A DNA stretch of 64,000 nt from the NCBI RefSeq assembly GCF_032444005.1, contig NC_091287.1, forward strand, positions 562,216,001-562,280,000, written 5' to 3'. Both the position numbers and the translations under genes were made by a program. Position 1 is the first letter of the stretch. Every line of letters starts with the position of its first letter. The notes beneath the pieces are model-generated. The model saw only the letters and a program-made list of their open reading frames with translations. It had not been told where the DNA came from and did not search any database. This stretch comes from Ranitomeya imitator. Its lineage: Eukaryota. This document shows positions 1 to 12,840 of the stretch, in pieces.

Positions 1-3
1 CAG

Positions 4-96
4 GTCTACCTCTTTGCGGAGGCGTTAGTGGAAGGTGCGGTTAAGATGGGAATGCCCAGCGCCATATCGAGCCGCGTCGCTGCCCAGACTCTGCTG
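4..96 (+). CDS. PYCR3: Pyrroline-5-carboxylate reductase 3, penultimate coding exon
   Basis: cag|GTC...CTG|gtgagt; 93 nt encoding VYLFAEALVEGAVKMGMPSAISSRVAAQTLL, which matches the P5CR dimerisation region. The PYCR3 call is supported by synteny with TIGD5 and EEF1D. Confidence 0.9.
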
Positions 97-222
97 GTGA
101 GTTGATGAATCCTTGCCACATTCTCCATTACCTGCGGCGCTGGTTTTCTTATGGTAAGCTATAGCTCTGTTCATCCTGAGCTTCCTGGTTCGTGCAGTGA
201 ATGTCAATTCTTTGTATTTTAG

Positions 223-405
223 GGAGCTGCTAAGATGATACTAGAGACGGGCGAGCACCCAGCAAAGCTTCGCTACGACGTCTGCACCCCCGGCGGGACC
301 ACCATATATGGGCTCCACGAACTGGAGAAGGGGGGTCTGAAAGCTGCAGTGATGAACGCTGTGGAGGCTGCAACAAAAAGAGCGAGAGAGCTGGACAAGC
401 ACTAG
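223..405 (+). CDS. PYCR3: PYCR3 last coding exon
   Basis: ttttag|GGA GCT...CAC TAG; encodes [60 protein letters not shown], with the conserved CTPGGTT motif. In phase with the previous exon. Confidence 0.92.
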   Translation, partial: GAAKMILETGEHPAKLRYDVCTPGGTTIYGLHELEKGGLKAAVMNAVEAATKRARELDKH

Positions 406-810
406 AAATGGCAGCGATGCCAATCACATACCGGGCGCGGGGACCAAAGGAACTTAATTCAGGCTGCTCCAGTTCCCAGGCATGCACCGTATGGCGCTCC
501 ACATGGCGGGGTGCACCGTCTCCCAGAAGTGCTCCTGTAAGGTGCTCTGTCTTCCAGGACATTTCTGGTACGCAGCTCCTGTGCTGGAGTGGCCTCTGTA
601 TTATGAGCATCATCTGCCACTTCAGTGAATAGAAATATCCGTAGTCTTCTTCCAGTCCAGCTCACACAGCTGCTGCCTTGTTACACTGGATGTGAATGTT
701 TCCCCTCGGTGCTGACACTTGGGATTTTCTTGTCGCTTTTGCTGATATTGTAGGAGCCGTGAGCAAATTTCTGACGTGTTCTTACAAGACCTTCTTGTCC
801 TGACCTGTTT

Positions 811-816
811 AATAAA
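811..816 (+). terminator. Probable PYCR3 polyadenylation signal
   Basis: AATAAA about 400 nt after the stop, followed by GU-rich tctgtgttgt. Confidence 0.6.
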
Positions 817-854
817 AGCAGAGGCGCCATTGCATCTGTGTTGTATGAGGACTG

Positions 855-2280
855 CGCCCCGAGTCCTGCTTCGCCCCGAGTCCTGCCGCTCCCTGCATCG
901 CCCCGAGTCCTGCTTCGCCCCGAGTCCTGCCGCTCCCTGCGTCGCCCCGAGTCCTGCGTCGCCCCGAGTCCTGCTTTGCCCCGAGTCCTGCCGCTCCCTG
1001 CATCGCCCCGAGTCCTGCTACTCCTTGCATTGCCCCGAGTCCTGCTTTGCCCCGAGTCCTGCCGCTCCCTGCATCACCCCGAGTCCTGCTTTGCCCCGAG
1101 TCCTGCCGCTCCCTGCATCGCCCCGAGTCCTGCTTCGCCCCGAGTCCTGCCGCTCTCTGCATCGCCCCGAGTCCTGCTTCGCCCCGAGTCCTGCCGCTCC
1201 CTGCATCGCCCCGAGTCCTGCTTCGCCCCGAGTCCTGCTGCTCCCTGCGTTGCCCCGAGTCCTGCTTCGCCCCGAGTCCTGCCGCTCCCTGCGTCGCCCC
1301 GAGTCCTGCTACTCCTTGCGTTGCCCCGAGTCCTGCTTCGCCCCGAGTCCTGCCGCTCCCTGCGTCGCCCCGAGTCCTGCGTCGCCCCGAGTCCTGCTAC
1401 TCCTTGCATTGCCCCGAGTCCTGCTTTGCCCCGAGTCCTGCCGCTCCCTGCATCGCCCCGAGTCCTGCTTCGCCCCGAGTCCTGCTACTCCTTGCATTGC
1501 CCCGAGTCCTGCTTCGCCCCGAGTCCTGCCGCTCCCTGCGTCGCCCCGAGTCCTGCGTCGCCCCGAGTCCTGTCGCTCCCTGCGTCGCCCCGAGTCCTGC
1601 CGCTCCCTGCGTCGCCCCGAGTCCTGCCGCTCCCTGCGTCGCCCCGAGTCCTGCTGTTCCCCGTGTCCTGCCGCTCCCTGTGTCGCCCCGAGTCCTGCTG
1701 CTCCCTGCATCACCCCGAGTCCTGCTTCGCCCCGAGTCCTGCCGCTCCCTGCATCGCCCCGAGTCCTGCTTCGCCCCGAGTCCTGCCGCTCCCTGCATCG
1801 CCCCGAGTCCTGCTTCGCCCCGAGTCCTGCCGCTCCCTGCGTCGCCCCGAGTCCTGCGTCGCCCCGAGTCCTGCTACTCCTTGCATTGCACCGAGTCCTG
1901 CTTTGCCCCGAGTCCTGCCGCTCCCTGCATCGCCCCGAGTCCTGCTTCGCCCCGAGTCCTGCTACTCCTTGCATTGCCCCGAGTCCTGCTTCGCCCCGAG
2001 TCCTGCCGCTCCCTGCGTCGCCCCGAGTCCTGCGTCGCCCCGAGTCCTGCCGCTCCCTGCGTCGCCCCGAGTCCTGCCGCTCCCTGCGTCGCCCCGAGTC
2101 CTGCCGCTCCCTGCGTCGCCCCGAGTCCTGCCGCTCCCTGCATCGCCCCGAGTCCTGCTGTTCCCCGTCCTCCTGCCGCTCCCTGTGTCGCCCCGAGTCC
2201 TGCTGCTCCCTGCATCACCCCGAGGCCTGCTGCTCCCCAAGTCCTCCTGTTCCCCGCATCCTGCTGCTCCCCACAAGCCT
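855..2280. repeat. GC-rich two-module minisatellite (17-nt and 27-nt units sharing the core GCCCCGAGTCCTGC)
   Basis: The core is followed either by ttc/ttt/gtc or by cgctccctgcatc / tactccttgcatt variants. Confidence 0.95.
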
Positions 2281-2649
2281 GTACATCCCCACATTGGAGT
2301 CTGCCCCATCCGCATCGTACCACATGTGTATATAATGTGCTCACAGTGAGCAGAGCAGAACCTGCCTCCCCGGCATGCAGTGCGGCCACACGCTGTGCAT
2401 TATGGGATGTGTATGCAGACTATAGACTGCCAGTAACCTGGAGCTTGTTGACATCACATTGTAGGGAATTGCTATTGAACCAGTTTCCTGACACTGGCGG
2501 TTCTCTCTGCCCTATAGGAATCTGATGTAGCTTTCCACTGGATTCCTGTCTGCCATTCCCTCTATGTATATAGTATATACACTGATCTCCACGCCCATGT
2601 TGTAGACAGTAAAAAGTATTTACTATTATTTCCTTTGGTCGGACACTAA

Positions 2650-3083
2650 GGCTATGTTCTCTAGGGGTTTTTGTTTTACTGCAGCCAAAACCTGCTCTCT
2701 TGGCAGTAAAAATGCTGCATTCACAATGCCTGATTGTGGCATTTTTTTCCCAACTTTTTTTTTGAGTGCAGAATACATGTGCTTACTATGCATGTTTAAT
2801 AAAGTTTGTTTAATTCACCAAAAACAGAACGAGAAACGCGACAAAAATGCAGCAAAATGTTTGTTGCGAGTTTTGAAGTTAATTTATTTTTATTGCTTTC
2901 TATAGCTGGAAAAATACTGTAAAAACTCTGAAAGAATTGACACTGCAAATTTCAAATACGATGCAATTCAGTCAGGAAAATGAAGAATGTGAGAGATCTC
3001 TGAAATCTCACAGCTGGTACTGTAAACAGCAGCTTTTAATTTGTATTAAATTGCTGCAAAACCGCTGCATGTGGACAGAGTGT
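2650..3083. mobile_element. Degenerate MITE, possibly PIF/Harbinger-type
   Basis: Starts taa|GGCTATGTTC like the MITE at 8530; the right end is only weakly complementary. Confidence 0.35.
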
Positions 3084-5996
3084 TAGTCTCCTCACTACGC
3101 AGCGTAGCTTCATATATGGAGGTCGTCTGGTGGTCACCTGAGCTGTTTGACATAGTGATAATATTTAAGATAGAATATAACATAAGAAACTACCAAGAAG
3201 ATAAAAATAATTTATTACAGAACTCGTCACTTCTGACAAATGTGTAAAGTGCCAGTTTGGGGACTGGTTTAAAAAAAAAAAAAAAAGACAGCTTTGTAGC
3301 AATTCACAATATGGGACATGTGCGGAGACAAGGTAGGAGGGCGCGATATGGGACGTGTAAGGAGATATTGTATGATGGTGCGATATGGGACGTGTGAGGA
3401 GATATTGTATGATGGTGCGATATGGGACGTGTGAGGAGATATGTAAAAGTGCGCGATATGGGACGTGTGAGGAGACATTGTAGGAGGGCACGATATGGGA
3501 CGTGCGGAGTCATGGTAGGAGGGCGCGATATGGGACGTGTATGGAGATATTGTAGGAGGGCGCGATATGGGACGTGTGAGGAGATGTAGGAGGGTGCGAT
3601 ATGGGACGTGTGAGGAGATGTAGGAGGGTGCGATATGGGATGTGTGGAGATTGTAGGAGGGCGCAATATGGGACATGTGAGGAGATATTGTAGGAGGAAG
3701 CGATGTGGGACATGTGAGGAGATACAGGAGGGTGCGATATGGGACATGTGGAGATATTGTAGGAGGGCGCGATATCTGACATGTGGAGATATTGTAGGAG
3801 GGCGCAATATGAGACGTGTGGAGATATTGTAGGAGGGCGCAATATATGACGTGTGAGGAGATATTGTAGGAGGGCACGATATGAGATGTTCGAGGAGATA
3901 TTGTAGGAGGGCGCGATATGGGACATGTGAGGAGACATAGGAGGGCATGATATGGGATGTGTGAGGAGATATAGGAGGGCATGATATGGGATGTGTGAGG
4001 AGATATAGGAGGGCGCAATATCGGACGTGTGGAGATATTGTAGGAGGGCGCGATATGGGACGTGTGGAGATATTGTAGGAGGGCACGATATGAGACGTGT
4101 GGAGATATTGTAGGCAGGCGCGATATGGGACGTGTGGAGATACTGTAGGAGGGTGCGATATGGGACATGTGAGGAGATGTAGGAGGGCACGATATGGGAC
4201 GTGTGAGGATATGTAGGAGGGCACGATATAGGACGTATGAGGACTTGTAGGAGGGCACGATATGGGACGTGTATGGAGATATGTAGGAGTTCACAATGTG
4301 GGATGTGAACGGAGATATGTAAGAGGGCGCAATATGGGACATGTACGGAGATATTGTGGGAAGGTGCGATATGGGACATGTAAGGAGATATCGTAGGAGG
4401 GCGTGATGTGGGACATGCGGAGATACTGTAGGAGGGAGCGACATTGGTCGTGTGCGGAAATATGTAGGAGGGTGCGATATGGGACATGTATGGAGATATT
4501 GTAGGAGGGCGCGATATGGGACGTGTGAGGAGATATTGTAGGAGGGCGTGATATGGGACGTGTGAGGAGATATTGTATGATGGTGCGATATGGGACGTGT
4601 GAGGAGATATGTAAAAGTGCGCGATATGGGACGTGTGAGGAGAAATGTAGGATGGCGTGATATGGGACGTGTGAGGAGACATTGTAGGAGGGCACGATAT
4701 GGGATGTGCGGAGTCATGGTAGGAGGGCGCGATATGGGACGTGTATGGAGATATTGTAGGAGGGCGCGATATGGGACGTGTGAGGAGATGTAGGAGGGTG
4801 CGATATGGGATGTGTGGAGATTGTAGGAGGGCGCAATATGGGACATGTGAGGAGATATTGTAGGAGGAAGCGATGTGGGACATGTGAGGAGATATAGGAG
4901 GGCGCGATATGGGACATGTGAGGAGATACAGGAGGGTGCGATATGGGACATGTGGAGATATTGTAGGAGGGCGCGATATCTGACATGTGGAGATATTGTA
5001 GGAGGGCGCAATATGAGACGTGTGGAGATATTGTAGGAGGGCGCAATATATGACGTGTGAGGAGATATTGTAGGAGGGCACGATATGAGATGTTCGAGGA
5101 GATATTGTAGGAGAGCGCGATATGGGACATGTGAGGAGATATAGGAGGGCATGATATGGGATGTGTGAGGAGATATAGGAGGGCATGATATGGGATGTGT
5201 GAGGAGATATAGGAGGGCGCAATATCGGACGTGTGGAGATATTGTAGGAGGGTGCGATATGGGACGTGCGGAGATATTGTAGGAGGGCACGATATGAGAC
5301 GTGTGGAGATATTGTAGGCAGGCGCGATATAGGACGTGTGGAGATACTGTAGGAGGGTGCGATATGGGACATGTGAGGAGATGTAGGAGGGCACGATATG
5401 GGACGTGTGAGGATATGTAGGAGGGCACGATATAGGACGTATGAGGACTTGTAGGAGGGCACGATATGGGACGTGTATGGAGATATGTAGGAGTTCGCAA
5501 TGTGGGATGTGAACGGAGATATGTAAGAGGGCGCAATATGGGACATGTACGGAGATATTGTGGGAAGGTGCGATATGGGACATGTAAGGAGATATCGTAG
5601 GAGGGCGTGATGTGGGACATGCGGAGATACTGTAGGAGGGAGCGACATGGGTCGTGTGCGGAAATATGTAGGAGGGTGTGATATGGGACATGTATGGAGA
5701 TATTGTAGGAGGGCGCGATATGGGACGTGTGAGGAGATATTGTAGGAGGGCGTGATATGGGACGTGTGAGGAGATATTGTAGGAGGGCGTGAAATGGGAC
5801 GTGTGAGGCGATATATAGGAGGGCGTGATATGGGACGTGTGAGGATATATGGTAGGAGGGCGCGATATGGGACGTGTATGGAGATATTGTGGGAGGGTGC
5901 GATATGGGATGTGAGATGTAGGAGGGTGCGATATGGGACGTGTGAGGAGATATGTAGAAGGGCGTGATATGGGATGTGTGAGGAGATATGTAGAAG

Positions 5997-6786
5997 AATC
6001 TGTCCTGAATGCTGCAGCCAGGATCATATTCCTCACCAACCGTTACACCGATGCCTCTACCCTGTGCCAGTCATTACACTGGCTACCCATCCACTCCAGA
6101 ATCCAGTACAAAACTACTACCCTCATCCACAAAGCACTCCATGGCTCAGCACCACCCTACATCTCCTCCCTGGTATCAGTCTACCACCCTACCCGTGCCC
6201 TCCGCTCCGCTAATGACCTCAGGTTAGCATCCTCAATAATCAGAACCTCCCACTCCCGTCTCCAAGACTTTACACGTGCTGCGCCGATTCTTTGGAATGC
6301 ACTACCTAGGTTAATACGATTAATCCCCAATCCCCACAGTTTTAAGCGTGCCCTAAAAACTCATTTGTTCAGACTGGCCTACCGCCTCAATGCATTAACC
6401 TAACGATCCCTGTGTGGCCTATTTATAATAAAAAAAAAAAAAAAAGGTTCCTCGCATCATGTTCTCATACACTTTATGCAGTATTAGCCCTCTGTGTCTG
6501 TACTGCTACATACTTAGGCAGGTAACTGGTTCATGCAGCTTTACATGAACACCTGAGCCTTACACTATAGCTGGTCCGAATAACTAAAGCAATTGTTACC
6601 ATCCACCTCTCGTGTCTCCCCTTTTCCCCATAGTTTGTAAGCTTGCGAGCAGGGCCCTCACTCCTCCTGGTATCTGTTTTGAACTGTATTTCTGTTATGC
6701 TGTAATGTCTATTGTCTGTACAAGTCCCCTCTATAATTTGTAAAGCGCTGCGGAATATGTTGGCGCTATATAAATAAAATTATTAT
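5997..6786 (+). mobile_element. 5'-truncated L2-clade LINE (ORF2 C-terminus and 3'UTR)
   Basis: Peptide ESVLNAAARIIF...LHWLPIHSRIQYK...LWNALP...FKRALKTHLF. 3' stem AGCGC/GCGCT at 6744-6767, an (ATT)n tail, and a TAGAAG duplication at 5991-5996 and 6787-6792. Confidence 0.88.
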
Positions 6787-8529
6787 TAGAAGGGCGTGAT
6801 ATGGGACGTGTGAGGATATATGGTAGGAGGGCACGATATGGGACGTGTACGGAGATATGTAGGAGGGCGCAGTGTGGGATGTGAACGGAGATATGTAGGA
6901 GGGTGCGATATGGGATATGTATGGAGATATTGTGGGAGGGTGCGATATGGGACATGTAAGGAGATACTGTAGGAGGGCGTGATGTGGGACGTGCAAAGAT
7001 ACTGTAGGAGGGAGCGATATGTGACGTGTGCGGAAAAATGTAGGAGGGTGTGATATGGGACGTGAATGGAGATTGTAGTAGGGCGCGATATGGGATATGT
7101 GAGGAGATATTGTAGGAGGGCGTGATGTGGGACATGTGTGGAGATACTGTAGGAGGGAGCGATGTGGGACGTGTACGGAGATATGTAAAAGGGCGCGATA
7201 TGGGACCTGTGAGGAGATATTGTAGGAGGGCGTGATATGGGACGTGTGAGGAGATATTGTAGGAGGGCGCGATATGGTATGGGTCATGTACAGAGATACT
7301 GTAGGATGGAGCAATGTGAGACGTGTATGGAGATATTGTAGGAGGCCCGATATGGGACGTGTGAGGAGATGGAGGGCACAATATGGGACGTGTGAGGAGA
7401 TGTAGGAGGCCCGATATGGGACGTGTGAGGAGATGTAGGAGAGCACAATATGGGACGTGTGAGGATATGTAGGAGGGCACGATATGGGACGTGTATGGAG
7501 ATATGTAGGAGTAGTTCGCAATGTGGGATGTGAACGGAGATATGTAAGAGGGCGCAATATGGGACATATACGGAGATATTGTGGGAGGGTGCGATATGGG
7601 ACGTGTAAGGAGATATTGTAGGAGGGCGTGATGTGGGACGTGCGGAGATACTGTAGGAGGGAGCGACATGGGACGTGTGCGGAAATATGTAGGAGGGTGC
7701 GATATGGGATGTGTATGGGGATATTGTAGGAGGGCGCGATATGGGATGTGGAGACAAGATAGGAGGGCGCGATATGGGACGTGTATGGAGATATTGTAGG
7801 AGGGTGCAATATGGGACGTGTGGAGACAAGGTAGGAGGGCGCGATATGGGACGTGTATGGAGATATTGTAGGAGGGCGCGATATGGGATGTGTATGGAGA
7901 TATAATATGGGACGTGTGAGGAGATATGTAGGAGGGCGCGATATGGGACGTGTACAGAGATACTGTAGGAGAGAGCAATGTGGGACCTGTATGGAGATAT
8001 TGTAGGTCTCAATATGGGACATGTATGTACACGGTGTTCCAAATTATTATGCAAATTGGATTTAAGTTTCATAAAAATTTAATTTTTTTGTTTTTCAAAT
8101 AAACTCGTGGATGTTATTGTGTGTCAGGGCTCAATGGATCACTGAAATCAGTCTTAAACACGTGATAATTCGTTTTTCAGGTGATTCTAATTAAAGGAAA
8201 ACTACTTAAAAATGATGTTCCACATTATTAAGCAGGCCACAGTTTTTAAGTAACATGGGAAATAAAAAGGATCTCTCTGCTGCTGAAAAGCATCAACTAG
8301 TGCAATGCCTTGGTCAAGGGATGAGAACATGAGTTATTTCCCGAATACTTCAGCGTGATCATCGTACTGTTAAGAGATATGTGGCTGCATCTGAGCACAG
8401 ACATGTTTGTGCTGATAAAGGCAGAATGAGGAAGGTTTCTGCCAGGCAAGTTCATCGGATTAAGAGACCAGTTGCTAAAAATCCATTACAAACCAGCAAA
8501 TAGATATTTGAAGCTGATGGTGCCTCTGA

Positions 8530-8891
8530 GGCTATATTCACACTTTGCGGATTTTGCTGCGGATCCGCAGCGGATTTGACCTCTGCGGATCCGCAGCAGT
8601 TTCCCATGAGTTTACATTTCAATGTAAACCTATGGGAAACAAAAAACGCTGTGCACATGCTGCAGAAAAATCCGCGCGGAAACGCTGCGGATTACATTCC
8701 GCAGCATGTCACTTCTTTTCTGCAGATTTTCAGCTGCTCCAATAGAAAACTGCAGTTGAAAATCCGCAGAAGAAAACGCAGTAAAAACCGCGATAAATCC
8801 GCAGTAAAAAACGCGATGGGTTTTCACTGCGGATTTTGCAATTCCGCTGCGGAAAAATCCGCAGTGGAATCTGCAAAGTGTGCACATAGCC
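8530..8891. mobile_element. PIF/Harbinger-like MITE inside the Tc1
   Basis: TIRs GGCTATATTCACACTTTGC / GCAAAGTGTGCACATAGCC with a 3-bp TGA duplication (8527-8529, 8892-8894). Removing it restores the Tc1 frame (GASEVPRISRCRILQRL). Confidence 0.85.
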
Positions 8892-9732
8892 TGAAGTCCC
8901 TCGAATCTCAAGGTGTAGGATCCTTCAAAGGCTTGCTTTGGTTCATAAACCTACTATTCAGCCACCCCTGAACAGTGCTCACAAGCCAAAACGGTTGCAG
9001 TGGGCCCAGACATACATGAAGACTAATTTTCAAACAGATGAGAACCACTTAATTGACAAATAAGCATGGTAAAAAAAAATTGTTTTATATCATGAAAAAT
9101 CATAAACTCATGCATTATAATAGCAGGATTTCAGTGACCCATCATCATATGTTAAATACAAACACTGGAGAAAAGGATGATACGCAGGTCTCAATATATA
9201 AAAATACCAATTTTTATTAATAAGAATAAAAGGCAAGGATATTAACCCCTTTACCCCCAAGGGTGGTTTGCACGTTAATGACCGGGCCAATTTTTACAAT
9301 TCTGACCACTGTCCCTTTATGAGGTTATAACTCTGGAACGCTTCAATGGATCCTGGTGATTCTGACATTGTTTTCTCGTGACATATTGTACTTCATGACA
9401 ATGGTAAAAATTATTTGATAGTACCTGCGTTTATTTGTGAAAAAAACGGAAATTTGGCGAAAATTATGAAAATTTCGCAATTTTCCAACTTTGAATTTTT
9501 ATGCAATTAAATCACAGAGATATGTCACACAAAATACTTAATAAGTAACATTTCCCACATGTCTACTTTACATCAGCACAATTTTGGAACCAAACTTTTT
9601 TTTTGTTAGGGAGTTATAAGGGTTAAAAGTTGACCAGCAATTTCTCATATCTACAACACCATTTTATTTTAGGGACCACATCTCATTTGAAGTCATTTTG
9701 AGGGGTCTATATGATAGAAAATACCCAAGTGT

Positions 9733-12460
9733 GACACCATTCTAAAAACTACACCCCTCAAGGTGCTCAAAACCATATTCAAGAAGTTTATTAACCCTTC
9801 TGGTGCTTCACAGGAATTTTTTGAATGTTTAAATAAAAATGAACATTTAACTTTTTTTCACAAAAAATGTAATTCAGCTCCAATTTGTTTTATTTTACCA
9901 AGGGTAACAGGAGAAAATGGACCCCAAACATTGTTGTACAATTTGTCCTGAGTATGCCAATACCCCACATGTGGGGGTAAACCACTGTTTGGGCGCATGG
10001 CAGAGCTCGGAAGCGAAGGAGTGCCATTTGACTTTTCAATGCAAAATTGACTGGAATTGAGATGGGACGCCATGTTTCGTTTGGAGAGCCCCTGATGTGG
10101 CTAAACATTGAAACCCCCCACAAGTGACACCATTTTGGAAAGTAGACCCCCTAAGGAACTTATCTAGAGGTGTGGTGAGCACTTTGACCCAACAAGTGCT
10201 TCACAGAAGTTTATAATGTAGAACCGTAAAAATAAAAAATCATATTTTTTCACAAAAATTATCTTTTCGCCCCCAATTTTTTATTTTCCCAAGGGTAAGA
10301 GAAGAAATTGGACCCCAAAAGTTGTTGTACAATTTGTCCTGAGTACGCTGATAGCCCATATGTGGGGGTAAACCACTGTTTGGGCGGATGGGAGAGCTCG
10401 GAAGGGAAGGAGCGCCGTTTGACTTTTCAATGCAAAATTGACAGCAATTGAGATGGGACATCATGTTGCGTTTGAAGAGCCACTGATGTGCCTAAACATT
10501 GAAACCCCCCACAAGTGACACCATTTTGGAAAGTAGACCCCCTAAGGAACTTATCTAGAGGTGTGGTGAGCACTTTGACCCAACAAGTGCTTCACAGAAG
10601 TTTATAATGTAGAACCGTAAAAATAAAAAATCATATTTTTTCACAAAAATTATCTTTTTGCCCCCAATTTTTTATTTTCCCAAGGGTAAGAGAAGAAATT
10701 GGACCCCAAAAGTTGTTGTACAATTTGTCCTGAGTACGCGGATACCCCATATGTGGGGGTAAACCACTGTTTGGGTGGATGGGAGAGCTCGGAAGGGAAG
10801 GAGCGCCGTTTGACTTTTCAAAGCAAAATTGACAGGAATTGAGATGGGACGCCATGTTGCGTTTGAAGAGCCACTGATGTGCCTAAACATTGAAACCCCC
10901 CACAAATGACACCATTTTGGAAAGTAGACCCCCTAAGGAACTTATCTAGAGGTGTGGTGAGCACTTTGACCCACCAAGTGCTTCACAGAAGTTTATAATG
11001 CAGAGCCGTAAAAATAAAACAAAATTTTTTTCCCACAAAAATTATTTTTTTAGCCCCCAGTTTTGTATTTTCCTGAGGGTAACAGGAGAAATTGGACCCC
11101 AAAATTTGTTGCCCAATTTGTCCTGAGTGCGATGATACACCATATGTGGGGGGAACCACTGTTTGGGCACATGGGAGGGCTCAGAAGGGAAGGAGTGCCA
11201 TTTGAATGCAGACTTAGATGGAATGGTCTGCAGGTGTCACATTGCGTTTGCAGAGCCCCTAATGTACCTAAACAGTAGAAACCCCCCACAAGTGACACCA
11301 TTTTGGAAAGTAGACCCCCTTAGTAACTTATCTAGATGTGTGCTGAGCGCTTTGACCCACCAAGGGCTTCACAGAAGTTTATAATGGAGAGCCGTAAAAA
11401 TAAAACAAAAATTTTTTCCCACAAAAATTATTTTTTAGCCCCCAGTTTTGTATTTTTCCGAGGGTAAAAGGAGAAATTCGACCCCACAATTTGTTGTCCA
11501 ATTTGTCCTGAGTGCGCTGATACCCCATATGTGGGGGGGAACCACTGTTTGGGCGCATGGGAGGGCTCGGAAGGGAAGGAGCTCCATTTGGAATGAGGAC
11601 TTAGATGGAATGGTCTGCAGGTGTCACATTGCATTTGCAGAGCCCCTAATGTACCTAAACAGTAGAAACCTCCCACAAGTGACACCATTTTGGAAACTAG
11701 ACCCCCTAAGGAACTCATCTAGATGTGTTGTGATAGCTTTGAACCCCCAAGTGTTTCACTACAGTTTGTAACGCAGAGCCGTGAAAATTAAAAAAAAAAA
11801 TCTTTCCCCCCAAAATTATTTTTTAGCCCCCAGTTTTGTATTTTCCCGAGGGTAAGAGGAGAAATTCGACCCCAAAAGTTGTTGTCCAATTTGTCCTGAG
11901 TACGCTGATACCCCGTATGTTGGGGGAAACCAACGTTTGAGCGCATGGCAGAGCTCGGAAGGGAAGGAGCGCCATTTGGAATGCAGACTTAGATGGAATG
12001 GTCTGCAGACGTCACATTGCATTTGCAGAACCCCTAATGTACCTAAACAGTAGAAACCCCCCACAAGTGACCCCATATTGGAAACTAGACCCCCCAGGGA
12101 ACTAATCTAGATGTGTTGTGAGAACTTTGAACCCCCAAGTGTTTCACTACAGTTTATAACGCAGAGCCGTGAAAATAAAAAATCTTTTTTTTCCCACAAA
12201 AAATATGTTTTAGCCCCGAGTTTTGTATTTTCCCAAGGGTAGCAGGAGAAATTGGACCCCAAAAGTTGTTGTCCTATTTGTCCTGAGTACGCTGATACCC
12301 CATATGTTGGGGTAAACCCCTGCTTGGGCACACGGGAGAGCTCGGAAGGGAAGAAGCACTGTTTTACTTTTTCAACGCAGAATTGGCTGGAATTGAGATC
12401 AGACGCCATGTCGCGTTTGGAGAGCCCCTGATGTGCCTAAACAGTGGAAACCCCCCAATT
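9733..12460. repeat. About seven tandem ~390-bp units inside the piggyBac-like element
   Basis: The marker GACACCATT / GACCCCATA recurs at 9733, 10126, 10517, 10908, 11294, 11681 and 12069. Confidence 0.9.
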
Positions 12461-12464
12461 ATAA

Positions 12465-12840
12465 CTGAAACCCTAATCCAAACACATCCCTAACCCTAAT
12501 CCCAACAGTAACCCTAACCACACCTCTAACCCTGACACACCCCTAACCCTAATCCCAACCCTATTCCCAACCGTAAATGTAATCTAAACCCTAACTGTAA
12601 CTTTAGCCCCAACCCAAACTGTNNNNNNNNNNNNNNNNNNNNNNNNNNNNNNNNNNNNNNNNNNNNNNNNNNNNNNNNNNNNNNNNNNNNNNNNNNNNNN
12701 NNNNNNNNNNNNNNNNNNNNNNNNNNNNNNNNNNNNNNNNNNNNNNNNNNNNNNNNNNNNNNNNNNNNNNNNNNNNNNNNNNNNNNNNNNNNNNNNNNNN
12801 NNNNNNNNNNNNNNNNNNNNNNNNNNAACCCTAGCCCTAA
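12465..12840. repeat. Degenerate telomere-like (CCCTAA)n tract spanning an assembly gap
   Basis: ccctaa/cccaa/cctaa variants at 12465-12622 and 12827-12840; N run at 12623-12826. Confidence 0.8.

Noticed and set aside
855-2280. CRISPR-like look (constant core plus variable spacer)
   Set aside because: The spacers are only 3 or 13 nt and are themselves repeated. The context is vertebrate and there are no cas genes.
776-2525. Overlapping 500-aa Pro/Arg/Ser-rich ORFs
   Set aside because: They are translations of a stop-free minisatellite in several frames on both strands, downstream of the PYCR3 poly(A) signal.
3165-8072. Long minus-strand His/Pro/Ile-rich ORFs (up to 783 aa)
   Set aside because: Artefacts of the 37-nt satellite, which lacks stops on its pyrimidine-rich strand.
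12465-12840. True telomere or chromosome end at the gap
   Set aside because: The repeats are degenerate and lie inside a transposon whose second copy has the same tract, with continuous sequence on both sides.
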